DNA of 64,000 nucleotides, taken from Takakia lepidozioides. Its lineage: Eukaryota > Plantae > Bryophyta. Made by a program: the position numbers and the translations under genes. The stretch lies in NCBI GenBank assembly GCA_030704615.1, contig CM060732.1, positions 50,592,001 through 50,656,000 on the forward strand, given 5' to 3'. This document shows, piece by piece, positions 49,255 through 61,782 of this stretch. The notes under the pieces were generated by a model that saw only the letters and a list, made by a program, of their open reading frames with translations, was not told where the DNA came from and did not search any database. Position 1 is the first letter of the stretch. Every line of letters starts with the position of its first letter.

Positions 49255-52200
49255 ATAAGCATGTCCATACTGACATTAAGAATGCTGGAATTGTGCCAGG
49301 TATCGTCCTAGAGAATACCCTGGTGGACATGTATGCCAAATGCGGGAGTATTGATGATGCGAATCAAGTATTCAACCATATGACTCAACGAAATGTGGTC
49401 TCATGGAGTGCCATGATTGCAGGATATGCCCAGAATGGCTGTGGTAGGGAGGCTTTGGCGACCTATGAGCAATGATACAGGAAAAGGTGACACCGAACCA
49501 TGTTACTTTCATTTGCGTTCTTGGTGCTTGTGCCAGCCTGGCAGTGCTGGAGAAGGGCAAAGGGTCCATGCTGATATCACGAAATCCGAAATTGTGCCAG
49601 ATACCATACTCGAACCTGCCCTCATCGACATGTATTGTAATGTGGCAGCCTATATGATGCAAACAGAGTGTTTGAAACAATGGCTACACGAAATGTGGTG
49701 TCATGGAGTGCAATTGCAGGATATGCCCAGCATGGGGTTTGAAAGGAGGCTCTGGAGACCTATGAGAAAATGGTACAAGAAGTGGTGACACCGGACCTGG
49801 TCACATTCATCTGCATTGTCAATGCCTGTGCAAGCCTGGCAGCCCTAGAGAAGGGCAAAGTTGTCCATGCTGACATCACGAAAGCCAAAATTGTGACAGA
49901 TATTGTTATGGATACTGCTCTGGTTGACATGTATGCCAAATGCGGCGACATACATGATGCCCGTCATGTGTTTGACAATATGGCTCAACGCAGTGGGGTC
50001 TCATGGAACACAATGATCACAGGGTATGCCCAGAATGGGTGTGGTAGGGAGACTTTGGAGACCTATGAGCAGATGATTCAGCAAGGGGTGACCCCTGACA
50101 AGGTCATATTTGTCTGTGTTGCCAATGTTTGTGCCAGCCTCGCAGCCTGGGAGATGGGCAACCTCCATGCTGACATTCAAAAGGCTGGAATTGTGCCAGA
50201 TACCATACTAGATACTGCCTTGCTTGACATGTATGTCAAATGCGGGAACATTGAGGAAGCCCATTGACAAGATAGCCCAACGCAGTGTGGTCTCATGGAA
50301 CGCGATGATCTCAGGATATGCTCAGCATGGGTGTGGTAGAGAGGCTTTTGAGATCTATGAGCAAATGATACAAGAAAGTGTGACACCCAATCAGTTTGTG
50401 TTCTGAAGGCTTGCGCCAGCCTCGCAGCCCTAGAGAAGGGCAAAGAGGTCCATGCTGACATCATGAAAGCCGGAATAGAGCCAGATATCATTATGCCCTG
50501 GTGGATGCCAAATGCTGGAGCAAAACTGATGCACGTCGAGTGTTTGACAACATGGGTCACAGAAGTGCGATCTCATGGAATGCCATGATTGCTGGATATG
50601 TCCAGCATGGATGTGGTAGGGAGGCTTTGGAGACTTACGAGCAAATGATACAGGAAGGAGTGAAACCTAACCAGGTCACATTCATTTGCGTTGTCCCACG
50701 CTTGTGCCAGCCTGGCAGCCCTGGAGAAGGGCAGACTGGTGCACGCTGACATCCTGAAAGGTGGATTGTGCAAGATAGCATTCTCGAAAAGGCTGAGGAC
50801 TTCACCACTTTTGGTCTCATATACCTTTCTAGTGTGCACAAAAGCCAAGCTCTTTCCATTGGATCGCATTGGAAAGATTCTGCACAGTCGATCAGATCAG
50901 CAAAATTGTCAACTAGTCTCTCCCACTTGGTAATCCCATGGCCCTCACTACACTTACTATGGACTACCACAGAACTCATCCCTACTGTTCACTCCCGGAT
51001 TTCATGTACGAACAAATATGTATTGTATACATCCAAACCTCCTTAAAATGTTTGCGTATTGTAGAGCCCACTGAAGTAATTAATAAATAAGCGAGACCGC
51101 CATTGGCTCCTCTCTATTTCTGACCATTCCCCATCTAAGTCCACCGAGAGCTCTATGGGTGCAGGGTCCAGGTAATATAAAGTGTGAGAGCAACAAGTTG
51201 GTGCAGAGTGAGCTCATAGGTCGGGCGGGGTACAGGTAGGAAGGGTGGTAGGGGGGACCCAGAGATGGGCAAGAAAGCGCGTGCAGCAGCTATCAAAGTC
51301 TGTGTGGAGGCAACGCGAGTCTAGTGCAGATGAACCTTCAGAATTAAATCTTAAACTCGATAGTCAAGGTTTTCTTTCGTGGTAGCGGCTGGGGAAGTCT
51401 GTACTCAGTCTGTACTCAAACATGGAGGTTTTAGTAATATGTAGAGATTACGTACCGGTTTCTGAACGCAGCACTGAACCAGGTAGAGTCAATTGCAAGT
51501 TGAGCGGTCGTGCTGGTCGATGGAATCAGCTTTGGCTTGCCACCAGAAGTTCCTGAGCTGCAGCCAGCCGCCAACCAAATAATCCGACATATAACTTAGC
51601 TGCTGGCCAGTAAAATTTGATAATTTAGTACATGCAGCATTTGTACTACGAAGAAGGATAATGTTTTGGGCAACTCGATCCAACCTGAGATTGAACCTGA
51701 TGATAGGATCCGCACAAAGAATGGGCAACATATCACCATCAGCAACTCGCTGGATATCCTGCTCGATGTCCGCATGTGTTACGAGGGGCACGCACTCTTT
51801 GAACCAGTCAGTAGACATTGAGTCTGTCTGGCCCTTGCGCTTGAACCGTCCCAAGTACTCTGTGTGGGCATTGTGCCGCAGAATGGTTTGAAGCACACTT
51901 TCTTGCACCTCCCGGCAGGCATGTTGAGTCATCGAGTTGAACTCGAAGATGAGTTTCTCATAATTGGAGCAGGTGGTGGTACTAGAAACTGAGCTGGCCC
52001 AGTCAATAAGCTACCCGTCTGCATGATTACTCCACTTTTTCTTCCTAGGTAGACTTTCTGATCAGAGATTCCTCACAGTGCACTTGCTTGGTGCCTGCAG
52101 AATTCATGTCAATGTGGAGGTGGCAGAACGTGCGGCAAAATGCATTCTCAAGTGGGATCGACAGGGTGCTGCAACTTATGTGCTGCTGTCCAACGTCTAT

Positions 52201-52255
52201 GCTGCAGCTGGCAGATGGGATGATACTGCAAAGGTGAGAAAAATGATGCATGATC
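49255..52255 (+). pseudogene. PLS-E PPR pseudogene: repeats at about 49255-50760 and E domain at about 52080-52255, interrupted by a GH3 fragment
   Basis: Several frameshifted P-L-S triplets. The E domain LLGACRIHVNVEVAE...AATYVLLSNVYAAAGRWDDTAKVRKMM closely resembles the one at about 36660-36830 (-). Confidence 0.9.
50755..52000 (-). pseudogene. GH3: 5' genomic fragment of a GH3 acyl-acid amido synthetase: exons about 52000-51685, 51557-51456 and 50879-about 50755, truncated
   Basis: YEKLIFEFNSMTQHA..VQESVLQTILRHNAHTEYL...FKECVPLVTH..IQRVADGD..PIL, then |SSGTSGGKPKLIP, then R|IFPMRSNGKSLAF...YETKSG. Two phase-2 GT-AG introns are retained. Confidence 0.9.
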
Positions 52256-53339
52256 ATGATCATTCATGGTGTCAGATTCCTTGGCAGAGAAGAAGCCATG
52301 GTGTCTTGCTGTGCTTCCCTTTTCAGCTGTGTTCTTGATGTTTCTGAAGAGGGTCACTCCCTGGTGAGAATACCCTGGACAATGTATCAGAAAATGGATA
52401 TTGTGTTTAGGCTGCTGGCATAGTAATACAACAAGAGAGAAAGAAACAAAGGACTCTAGAAAAAATGAGATTGAGAGCAATCAAACAATTAGGCCTGAAT
52501 TACCTCACAAAGACAATGGCTCGTGCTTTGCCAGAGAGAGGAGCCCAAGTACCAATGTAGACAGCATGACCACCCAGACCACAAAGCTTGTGTGGAATAT
52601 GCACATAATGCCAGCTGCATTCTGCCAACCAAATACACCACATAAATGCAAAGGCCCCAGAATGTTTAAAGACATTATTTTTCTAAGCTCTTAAACATTT
52701 GATGTACACAAATGAAACAACTAAACAGGCTCCAAGAGATTGCAAATTAGAGTGATTGAAAAGGAACTTGGAAAAAATCAAGGAGCACCCAAGCTGTGTC
52801 TTGTCAATTCACCGCATGACCTTATATGCGACAAAGTTTATTTTCCAGCTCAAAATAACCACCTTCTTTAACATTCAACCTGGGCCTGCATGCACTCAAT
52901 CTGTAAGAATGTATATGGGAGAAGTAGGTAGTCTAGCAAACCAGGATAACCACCTTAGAGATGCTGGTAGAGTATCTTTTGAGTAGTTGTACATGAGAAT
53001 TCAATATTGCTTAACCATTTAAGTTGTCCCTTAATTGAAACATAGAGTAAAGCTCTATGGCCCAAGATTCAAGACCAGTGGCTACTACCACATACAACCA
53101 AGTGCCCATATTGGACCAGAATGTTTTGTAATATTCAGACTGAATCTCAGAAACTTCCTTTGGACATATACCGGCCCCAAGGATGGCATCCTATTCTGCA
53201 CAGCTCCAGTGAAAATGATAGACAGATGGTATTGAAAAGCGGTCCCAATATTTTATTGCAAGCGTGTGAGCTGACGGGTACGGCCCGTGAGGTACAGCCG
53301 GGAAACCCTCGATCTGGCAGCCTCGTCGGCGAGTTGGAC

Positions 53340-54430
53340 GCCCCATGTTAAATCATCCCCACCCCCTCCGACCCCCTTCGCCCGCTGCTCCCAGCGGCCC
53401 CCTGACCACCCCCCCCCCCGCGCCCGCCGCCCGGGACCCCTGACCCCCCGCCCACCGCTGGCCGCGCGGCGCCCCAAGCACCCCCCGATCTCCAGCCACG
53501 TGGCGGCCCCCTCACTGGGTTGATCCCCCTTCCAGTGCTTGAGTGATCCCCCACCCCCATCTCCAGCCACGTGGTGCTACCCCGAACCGTCGATCCCTCC
53601 CCATCCATCCAACCTCAATTGAATGGATGACGCCCGGATGAAGGTCCCACGACGCGCCCATCGCCACGTGGCGCTCCCGCCGCCGTCGATCCCCTCCTCC
53701 CATCCACGGCGCGCTCCCCGAACCTCAAAACAATGGATGTTCTGGGTCATCCGCCCCTCATCCCCCCGCCATCCTCCCGCGCAGTGGATGGACGACGGCC
53801 GGATGAAGGCCCCATGGCACGCCCACCGCCACGTGGCGCTCCCCCCACCGTCGATCCCCTCATCACATCGGAGGCGCGATCCCCCGGGCCATCGCCGGTC
53901 CCCCCCCCCCCCCTCCTCATTTGATCCCCCGTCCAATTTGGTCACTGGTCCCCCTCCAGCCATCGGCCGCCACGTGGTGCTCCCCTGAACCGAGGATCCC
54001 CTGCGCATCCATCCAACCTCAAAACTGGGTCATCCGCGGTCCCCCGGCATTCGATCCCGTCCTCCCATCCAGGTGGCGATCCCCCGGGCCGCTCCCCCCG
54101 CCTCAGTTGATGCCCCGTCCAAACCTGGAATTGATCCCCCTCTCTTCTTCTACCACCACGTGGCGGTCTCCGTAGCCGTCGATCCCCTCGTCCCATCCAA
54201 GACCCGATCCCCCGAGCCACCGCTCCCCCCGCCTCTGGTTTATCCCCCGCCGCCGCCATGCCACGTGTCTTCCCACCCTTGACCCCCCGCGCGTCAACGG
54301 CGGAACAGGTGATCGTTCCCCCCCCATGGCGGTCCCCTCTCCGTTGATCCCCAGACCACCTGGACTGATCCCCCATCCTTCCGCCCCCCCCCCCCCCCCC
54401 CCCGGAGCGATCCCCCTTCCACGTGTCAAA
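53340..54430. repeat. C-rich imperfect repeat array with 8 CCACGTG(G/T) and many GATCCCC motifs; probable subterminal region of the adjacent transposon
   Basis: CCACGTGG at 53496, 53567, 53664, 53829, 53969 and 54156; CCACGTGTC at 54261 and 54419. Confidence 0.75.
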
Positions 54431-54759
54431 TGTCAGGGTTGTTTGCATGTGGGCTATCATTCTGTTCATCTATGTCATCCTTCCCCATCCAATGGCCATG
54501 CACGTCCCCCGCCATTTTGGTCTGTGACATGAACGGTGTGGATGTATTGAAATTTACGGTTTCCGGCTGCTCGCAAATTTGATCCTCTTTGCACGCGTGT
54601 AGTTCTGCTGTGTACTATTTCTGCATGACGCGTGTGGTCTGCGGATGTGTACTGTTCCTGCAGGGGTGCCGGGCATCATGATGGATCTCGGAGTTGCGCA
54701 CGTCATTCCTTCTATTCACAGCTTGCGTGGCAGTTTGCAAACCCCCCGGATGGTTCTTC

Positions 54760-57450
54760 AACCACAGGTCGATTATATGGACTCCAACTATTTCAAGTGG
54801 AGGTGGACATCGTGTATATAAGGATGTTGCGGTCAATTCCTGGAGCAGGATCGACGATTTTGTGAGAGAGGGGAGGAAGAAAGGGCAGAGAGGCGCCACT
54901 CACTTCAACAGAACGGTGCCTAAAAGGGAAAGCATGAGGAGGGCGAGCTCTTAGCTCCAAGGGCCAATAGTTTGTCTGTTTTGTGATAAAGTCCGTCTTC
55001 ACCTTTGTGGTTCTGGATGGTCTCTATGTGTTCTTTGTTAATGGCATGCTGCCATGTTTGCTCTTCTATTGTGTCAAAATGCTATGCTCTCTTGCTCCGA
55101 GTATTCCACTCCACCGACATAGTTCTCATCATTGTTCAGGTTCCATTGTTCTTTATGGACCTGAGGACAAGCGCACAAATGTAATACCTTTCTTTCTATC
55201 AAGAAGACACGCCCGATGCCCCTTGCTGGAGGAACCCGGCGCGGCAATGTCAACCTCAAATTTGCCATTGGCATTCAAACAGAATTTCAGAGAAAACAAT
55301 GCTCCAAATGGATGACAAAGTATCATCTCTTGTGATGCGACCTTTCGGAACGAATGAACACAAGGTGTGTGGAATCGACGGCGTGGACTCCTGGGAGCAT
55401 TAGAGCATAGCTCTTTCACTGTGAAGGGATCAGTGGGAGCAGGGGATCAGTTGGAGAGCAGGGCACAGGGGGACCATAGCCTTATCCGATGTGCAGGGAT
55501 CACGACATTGGGTCATCACCAGTGACCTATTAATCCCCCTATCGGATTCGACACCACCCGGCTGCCTCAGCATTAGGGGACTAGACACATAGGCCAAACT
55601 CCATTATGTATACTGCTCTGTATATGTTGACCATTTTGGGACCATGACGTGTACTTGTGTGATTCGTAGTGAGGGGTGCGCAGGCAGGGGGAAGACAGCT
55701 TAGCAAATGCATGCCTTGGGGGGTTATAGAGAGGAATGATGGAGGGATGGTCTCTTCCAGGGGATCATGGCATAGCCCACAGGGGGGATCACATAATACT
55801 AAAATGAGAACAGAGGGGTTGCAGGGTTCGGGGTTCCCCTCCTGTGATTTCTTGTCATTGATTTCAGTAAAATGTTTCGCCTATTTTCAAAACAAAAAGT
55901 ACTTACATTGCACATTTTTGTCTTTGTGTCAGTATGCCATGTATACTTTTGGTCTTCGACATTGGCTGTGAACGACATCCCTGTTGCCATAATTAATATC
56001 TTCAAGAACAATGCCAACGATTTGTCAAGTTGGATGGTGGCTCTTCGTCAAAGGGCTCCAGGCCGATCAGCCGGATTGGCGTCCCAACGATTCATTGTGG
56101 CGATGCCGATGCTGAGATTAACGCCATTTGGTTGTTCTCAATCCCTCCCCCTACCAATGAACTTCCATTGCTTGGCTGCTTCTGCATGAGGGGAGCACTG
56201 AGAGGGGAACAGTCAATATGTTTCCTGCCAGGGGATCCGTGTAGAGGGGACCAAGTGTAGGGTTGCATGGGGGATCAGCGAAAGGGGATCGATTATGGGA
56301 TCAGTGATCAGGGGACAAGGGGAGGGTAGCAGGGGATCAAGAGCAGCAGATCTCACATCCGACAATGATCGAGGGTCCAGGAGTCCAAGGTTGCATGGGG
56401 AGATCAGTGGAAGGGGATCAATTATGGGATCAGTGATCAGGGACTTCGGACACTCAGGGTACCAGGGGATCAGGACCAACACATGTTTGATCCGACAATG
56501 TGAATTTTTTGGGCCTTTCATTGGCCATAGGAGGGCTCATGTATTCCCCTTTCATGCCTTCACCGGATCTGCATGAGGGGTTTCAGTCAAAGGGGATCAG
56601 GGGATCACGAGCAGGGAGCACTTATCATAGATTCATACTTGTATCTGATTTTGTGGTGGTCATGTTGTGGTGTTCTAGTGGCCTTGCTAATGTCGTTTTG
56701 TGGATGGTTCAGGCATACGTTCCCATGGGTGCCGGTTTTCCTGTGCCGTTGGCATGTTCGAAGGGCCTGGCTGAGGAATGCCATCGAGAAGATCAAGGAT
56801 GCCCAGTTAAGGGCCGATGTCTTGCAAGTATGGGTGACATCATGTACAATAAAGGTGGTCCCATTGGTGACTCTTCGCAGGCCGGGGTGTTTAGATTGTA
56901 TGAGTTACAACCAAAGTATCCCACAGCTAAATTGTTCTTCTTGTATATCCACAAATGGTGGATCCCGAAAGTGGACATGTGGGTTGTTGGAGCTCAAAAT
57001 ATCCCACATGCAGGACAAGATACGAATGCTAGAATTGAAGCATACCATGCGAACCTGAAGAGGCACTTGTCCCAAACAAGACGAAAATGAAAATGACGGG
57101 CGTCGACTGGATTGGTTGGTCTACATCCAAACAGGTAGCCTCCCACACATTACTGTTACATTCCATCTTGAAAGCTAAAGGGTCATTGCAACTCTAGGAT
57201 GGAACATTTCGTGCCAAATGCGGTGTGGATGACTGAGCAGATACAAGAATCCAACGTGGATTTACCCGAGCACACGGGGGATTCTGCGAAGGTAAAAAGC
57301 ATATCTTCTCCAGGCACTGTATACACTATATGCAATACATCATCCGAGTGGGCTTGTTGTGACTGCCCAATGCCATGGAAGGAACTATGCAAGCATCAAG
57401 TTGAAGGTGTCAAGATGTTGCGGCCACATGTACAGAGGGTTTAATTGTCC
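54760..57450 (+). mobile_element. Decayed, apparently intron-containing Mutator-like (MULE) DDE transposase with a SWIM zinc finger
   Basis: Fragments in the expected order: WSRIDDFV, YGPEDKR, ISCDATF, LVFD..IPVA, D.DAEINAI, CRWHVRRAWLRN, DTNARIEAYHANLK and SWIM WACCDC......LCKHQ. Frameshifted. Termini were not identified. Confidence 0.85.
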
Positions 57451-60305
57451 GACACTTGGGAACACGACTTGGGACATTCAATGGGGGCATGCCCAAGCTG
57501 CTCAACCTTGATCCTTGGTCCGTTTGCGGAGCCCCCGTGTGACACAGATCCCATGTGTGGCATTGATCCCCCTGCGCCAGACACGGTTCCAGCTGGCAAT
57601 GTCTGGGGGGAGCAGCTGCCCCACCATGCATCGCAGGCAACTGTCATAAAGGCCATCGCAGAGGAGATGCTCGGTTTGGAAGTCTGTGTGAAAGGTAACA
57701 TGCCTCTTCATAAACCATCTTTTGAGTGACCTTCATGTCACGAGAGGAAAGCTAGCACAAATGGCCCACACGCAGGGCTGCGGGTCTTCTCCACCACACC
57801 TTGTAAGAAGGTTGAACGTGTTCAGGATGGATCGGAAATGGGATGAGTTTGAAGAGAAGAAAGGATTGGTAGAGGTTTCTATGTCACGGAAATCAAGACG
57901 TCTTGGATTCAAAAGAGTCTCAGCAACCCCTCCATCTTCGTCTATTTTGCATGCACTTCGTCAAGTTGGGCGTCCCCATATGAAGGGTTGAGAGCAAGCA
58001 GGTTTATGCTCTCGTGCTCCCATTCAGATTGCTGATTTCCCTGAGAGTGCATCTCAACGAAGCATTTGGTATCAAACAATTTCTCATTATTTCAAAATGG
58101 CTGAAGCGATGTTCAGTGACGCATGTGTTCTGTGATTCATAATGGAATGAAGGAGATGTGGATGATCTTTATTGCAATTGAGTCTGTATGCATGCATTTG
58201 CATGATGTTCAAAAACAAATTACCGCCCACTTTTATGTTTTAGCCTTTAAATTAACAGTCCTGAATTCCAATACTGAAAAACGGTTGCCACCAGTCTCTA
58301 GTGCGTTCCCTGCCACCTTTTTTGCATTGCAAGCACACTGCTCTCCTCCTCCCATCATGCCCCTCCTCCCATCATCCCCCTCTTCGTGTAGTGCTTCGGC
58401 CTCTGCTCCCCTGGAATGGCAGAGGTTCCCTAATCCCCTTCATCTCCATTCTCATCACAGCTGGCCCCCTCAACACGTTGCTTCCCGAGGTTGTGCTCAG
58501 CTCCCCGTGATCCCGTTCCCATTCACTGCTCCCCCTCATCCCCCCATCCCCTGCGGCTCGCAATGGACTTATATGCCCGGTCCCTTCACCGTGCAATGCC
58601 TCCCCATGTATCACCCAAAGAAAGAGTTTGCTCAACAAGGCAGTGCGGCTGTCATCCGGCGGGGGCAATTATTGAAGCTAGCGCCTTGTGTTCAATGACC
58701 CATGATGTTTTGTGCGATTCACAGTGGTATGAGAGACATTTGTGGTGACCTTGGTAGGAACCATTGGATTCCATAGTGATATAACATATGGGACACCGTA
58801 TATGTGGTTTTGAAAGCCTTCTGTCTGATAACCATTATACATTCGCTTCCAACGTGAAGCGCCACCAGTTCAAAGTTCTCCATTTGAAAAGAGGATACCA
58901 ATTGCATTTGCATGGCAATGCCCATAAAAACCGATGCTTCAGTATCATCGTCCCTTTCAGAGAGCAAATGACACTGTCTTGGGACTAAAGCGAAAGTTCT
59001 GGGCCTGGGTCATCTTCCGACTCTGGGCTCTCTGCCATTGTTGGGCAATTTCAGATTTTGCTTTGGGGTTTATTTTCAGTTTTTGTTGCATGCTTATGCA
59101 CCACTCTTACATGCAAGGGACGTGACCTTTCATAGTGCAAAACACGGGACATGGCCTTTCAGAATTGCCCTTTCACACGCGACTTTTCAACCAGTAATCC
59201 CCGATCCCCCGATTCGAAACCTGCCGTCCCTCATCCCCTCACCCCGTGGTCCCCTCATCCCCTTATCCCCAGCTCGACCTCACCGACATTCCCTCCATGA
59301 TCCCCTCATCTCCGGCCTGTTCCCCTGGTTCTCTGATCCCTGTTGTCCCCACCCGTTCCCCTGGTTCCCTGATCCCCTCATTTGCCCGGCCATCCCCTGG
59401 TTCCCTAATCTCTCCCGCCCGTTCCCCTGCTTCCTGATCTCTGCTAACCCCCTATACAATCCTTGTGTTTCCCTCCTGAGCCCCCTGATCCCCGATCCGC
59501 CCTGAACCTGAGCCCCCTGACCCCCCCTCACCTATCACAGAGACAAACGCTTGTATTTTAGCTTTGACCGTGATCCCCTGATCCCCCGATCCCCGACTGT
59601 AAAGTCCTGCTCCCCCATTTATCTATTCCAATTCTGATCTTCACAGTGACAGACTGTTGGAGAGGCAAAGCATGCACTTACTCAAAAGATGCACGTAGCA
59701 TCCCAAATCAATGTGCACCCGCCTAAACAATAGATCCTCCCAGGCCCGCACTGCACGTCGTATCCCTTTGGCATCGTTGCCCCTTGCACCACAAAACTTG
59801 GAAGTGGGCGGTTTCTGTTGCTGCCAAATTCATGAAACGCTCGGGCACGCACCCAATGCGAAGAAATGCTCGGCAGGAGTCGACGATCTGCCTTTTGTCT
59901 TGCATTGTACCATATCTAAGCTGACCCTCTGCTAGGAGCACTTCTTTCAACATAGTCTCCTGATTCTGAAAATTCCCAACGTCCGCCAACCTCCATGCAA
60001 GAAGAGTCCAAATCCCATGTGGTAGGGCAGTGTGTGAGCAGTCTGCGGTGCAAAAGCATCATGATATGACTGGGGCAGATGCCGTTGTCTGAAATCGGCC
60101 AAAGGATACAAGTGTGAAACAGGGGTCGAGGGTCCATGGTAGAAAAAACTTGGAGGGGAACAGGCACTACAACAAATTGCGGCTTTTACGTCTCTGTGTT
60201 ATGACTGCAAATGCAGTCATGGAAGCCATTTACGACTTCCTGACTCTGCAGACGTAAAGACCTAGTCAGTTGTGACATGCCAGATATGACTCTCCAGGCT
60301 GGCTG

Positions 60306-61010
60306 TTCAACACTGGGGTTGAACGAGATGTGGTGTCATGGAGTGCGATGCTTGCAGGGTATGCACAACTGGGGTGCGGGATGGAGGCTCCAACCTTTGT
60401 TGCAAATGAGGGGGAAGGGGTGAAGGCCGGACATAACGATTGTGTGCGTTTGTAGTGCGTCTGGCAGCCCTAGAAAAGGGCAAAGAGATCCCTGGTGACA
60501 CCATCAATCTGCAATTGTACCAGATGTCATCCTGAACTTGCTCTGGTGGCCATGTATGCTAAATGTGGGAGCATTGAGGATGCCAGGAGTGTTCAACACT
60601 ATGGCTGAACCAGATGTGGTGTCGTGGAATGCAATGCTTGCAGGGTGTGCAGAGCAGGAGCGCGGGATGGGGCCTTTGGCACACCTGAAGCAAATGGATG
60701 GGGAAAGGAGTGAAGGACCTTCTTCGTTAACATATTTCACCCTGTTTTTCCCTGCTAGCGTTTGCTGTTTGACAATTCTAGGCTGTCATTGTAAGATGCT
60801 AGCAGCAAGGCGAGGATATATGCATGATTTGTGCAGAGGCATGGATAGCTGAAGGAGCAGGGATTTCGTGTGGTTCCAGATTCATCCAAGAGGGCCAGAT
60901 TTAAAGCACAAAATTACCTGTGATTCCCTGTGGATCAAAAGCTACAAGAAACCTGCATGGGTAGATGGTCAACTGGCAGCAGCGGCACAAGTGATAAAAA
61001 TTTGACAGGC
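60306..61010 (+). pseudogene. Scrambled PPR fragments: P-L-S repeats (60306-60720) followed by a copy of the PPR 5' region (60773-61010)
   Basis: ERDVVSWSAMLAGYAQ and EPDVVSWNAMLAG are present. 60773-61010 matches the reverse complement of about 38960-39205. Confidence 0.85.
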
Positions 61011-61591
61011 ATTCACATCCTGACTTGGCTGTTCCCAACCCATCCTGCCATTGGCAAGAGATTCCACAGAAACTGATAGTTGTCTGTTTGACTGTATAAC
61101 TATGTATCTCTTGCTTGCTTACAGCTTGTACTGTGACACGCGTAATGCTCTTGCTGTATTGAATCATTTCACGCCTTCAGGTTTCAAAACAAACATTACC
61201 GTCTTTCTTTATCAGACACGTGCACCAAGACAGAATCTCACCAAAAGATTGTTGGTGTTCAATAGTACCAGACATGAAGATAACTAGCACCAAAAGGGCA
61301 TATGAAGCTTACAATGCTCTCCACTGCTATTAACCTGCACCAGGACTTTCAATGGCTGTCTTCCAGTCCACCCACGGCGTGTTGTAAATGGCTTGCAACC
61401 TACAAATTTTCAAGAGAGCTGATTACCTTGAAAATTTCAAAACTAGCTTTACAAACCTAATAATTCAAGCATAATCAGCATTCAAGCTAGGAAGCTGTAC
61501 AAGCATCGTGTTGCGAGTAAAGCCTTTGCAATGTCACCAGAAAATCCGTGGCTGAATGGATGACACTGAAATAATGGAGCTTGAAATCTAG

Positions 61592-61730
61592 CCCTCTTGG
61601 ACGAATCTGGGCCACACTCTATCCTGCTCCTTCAGCTATCTATGCCTCTGCACAAAATCATGCATACATCCTTGCCTTCCTGCTAGCAGCTGACCAATGA
61701 CAGCCTAGAATTGTTCCAAGCAACACCCCC
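61592..61730 (-). pseudogene. Further copy of the PPR 5' region, inverted relative to 60773-60895
   Basis: Direct match to 39085-39225 (CCTCTTGGA.GAATCTGG...CTGCTCCTTCAGCTATC.ATGCCTCTGCACAAA). Confidence 0.85.
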
Positions 61731-61782
61731 AACCCTACTATCAACAAGCAATGAGCTAACTTACAAAATTCAATATGCATCT

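Noticed and set aside
53253-54532. Many Pro/Gly/Arg-rich ORFs here and at 19711-22500
   Set aside because: They are expected by-products of GC-rich repetitive DNA with few stop codons.
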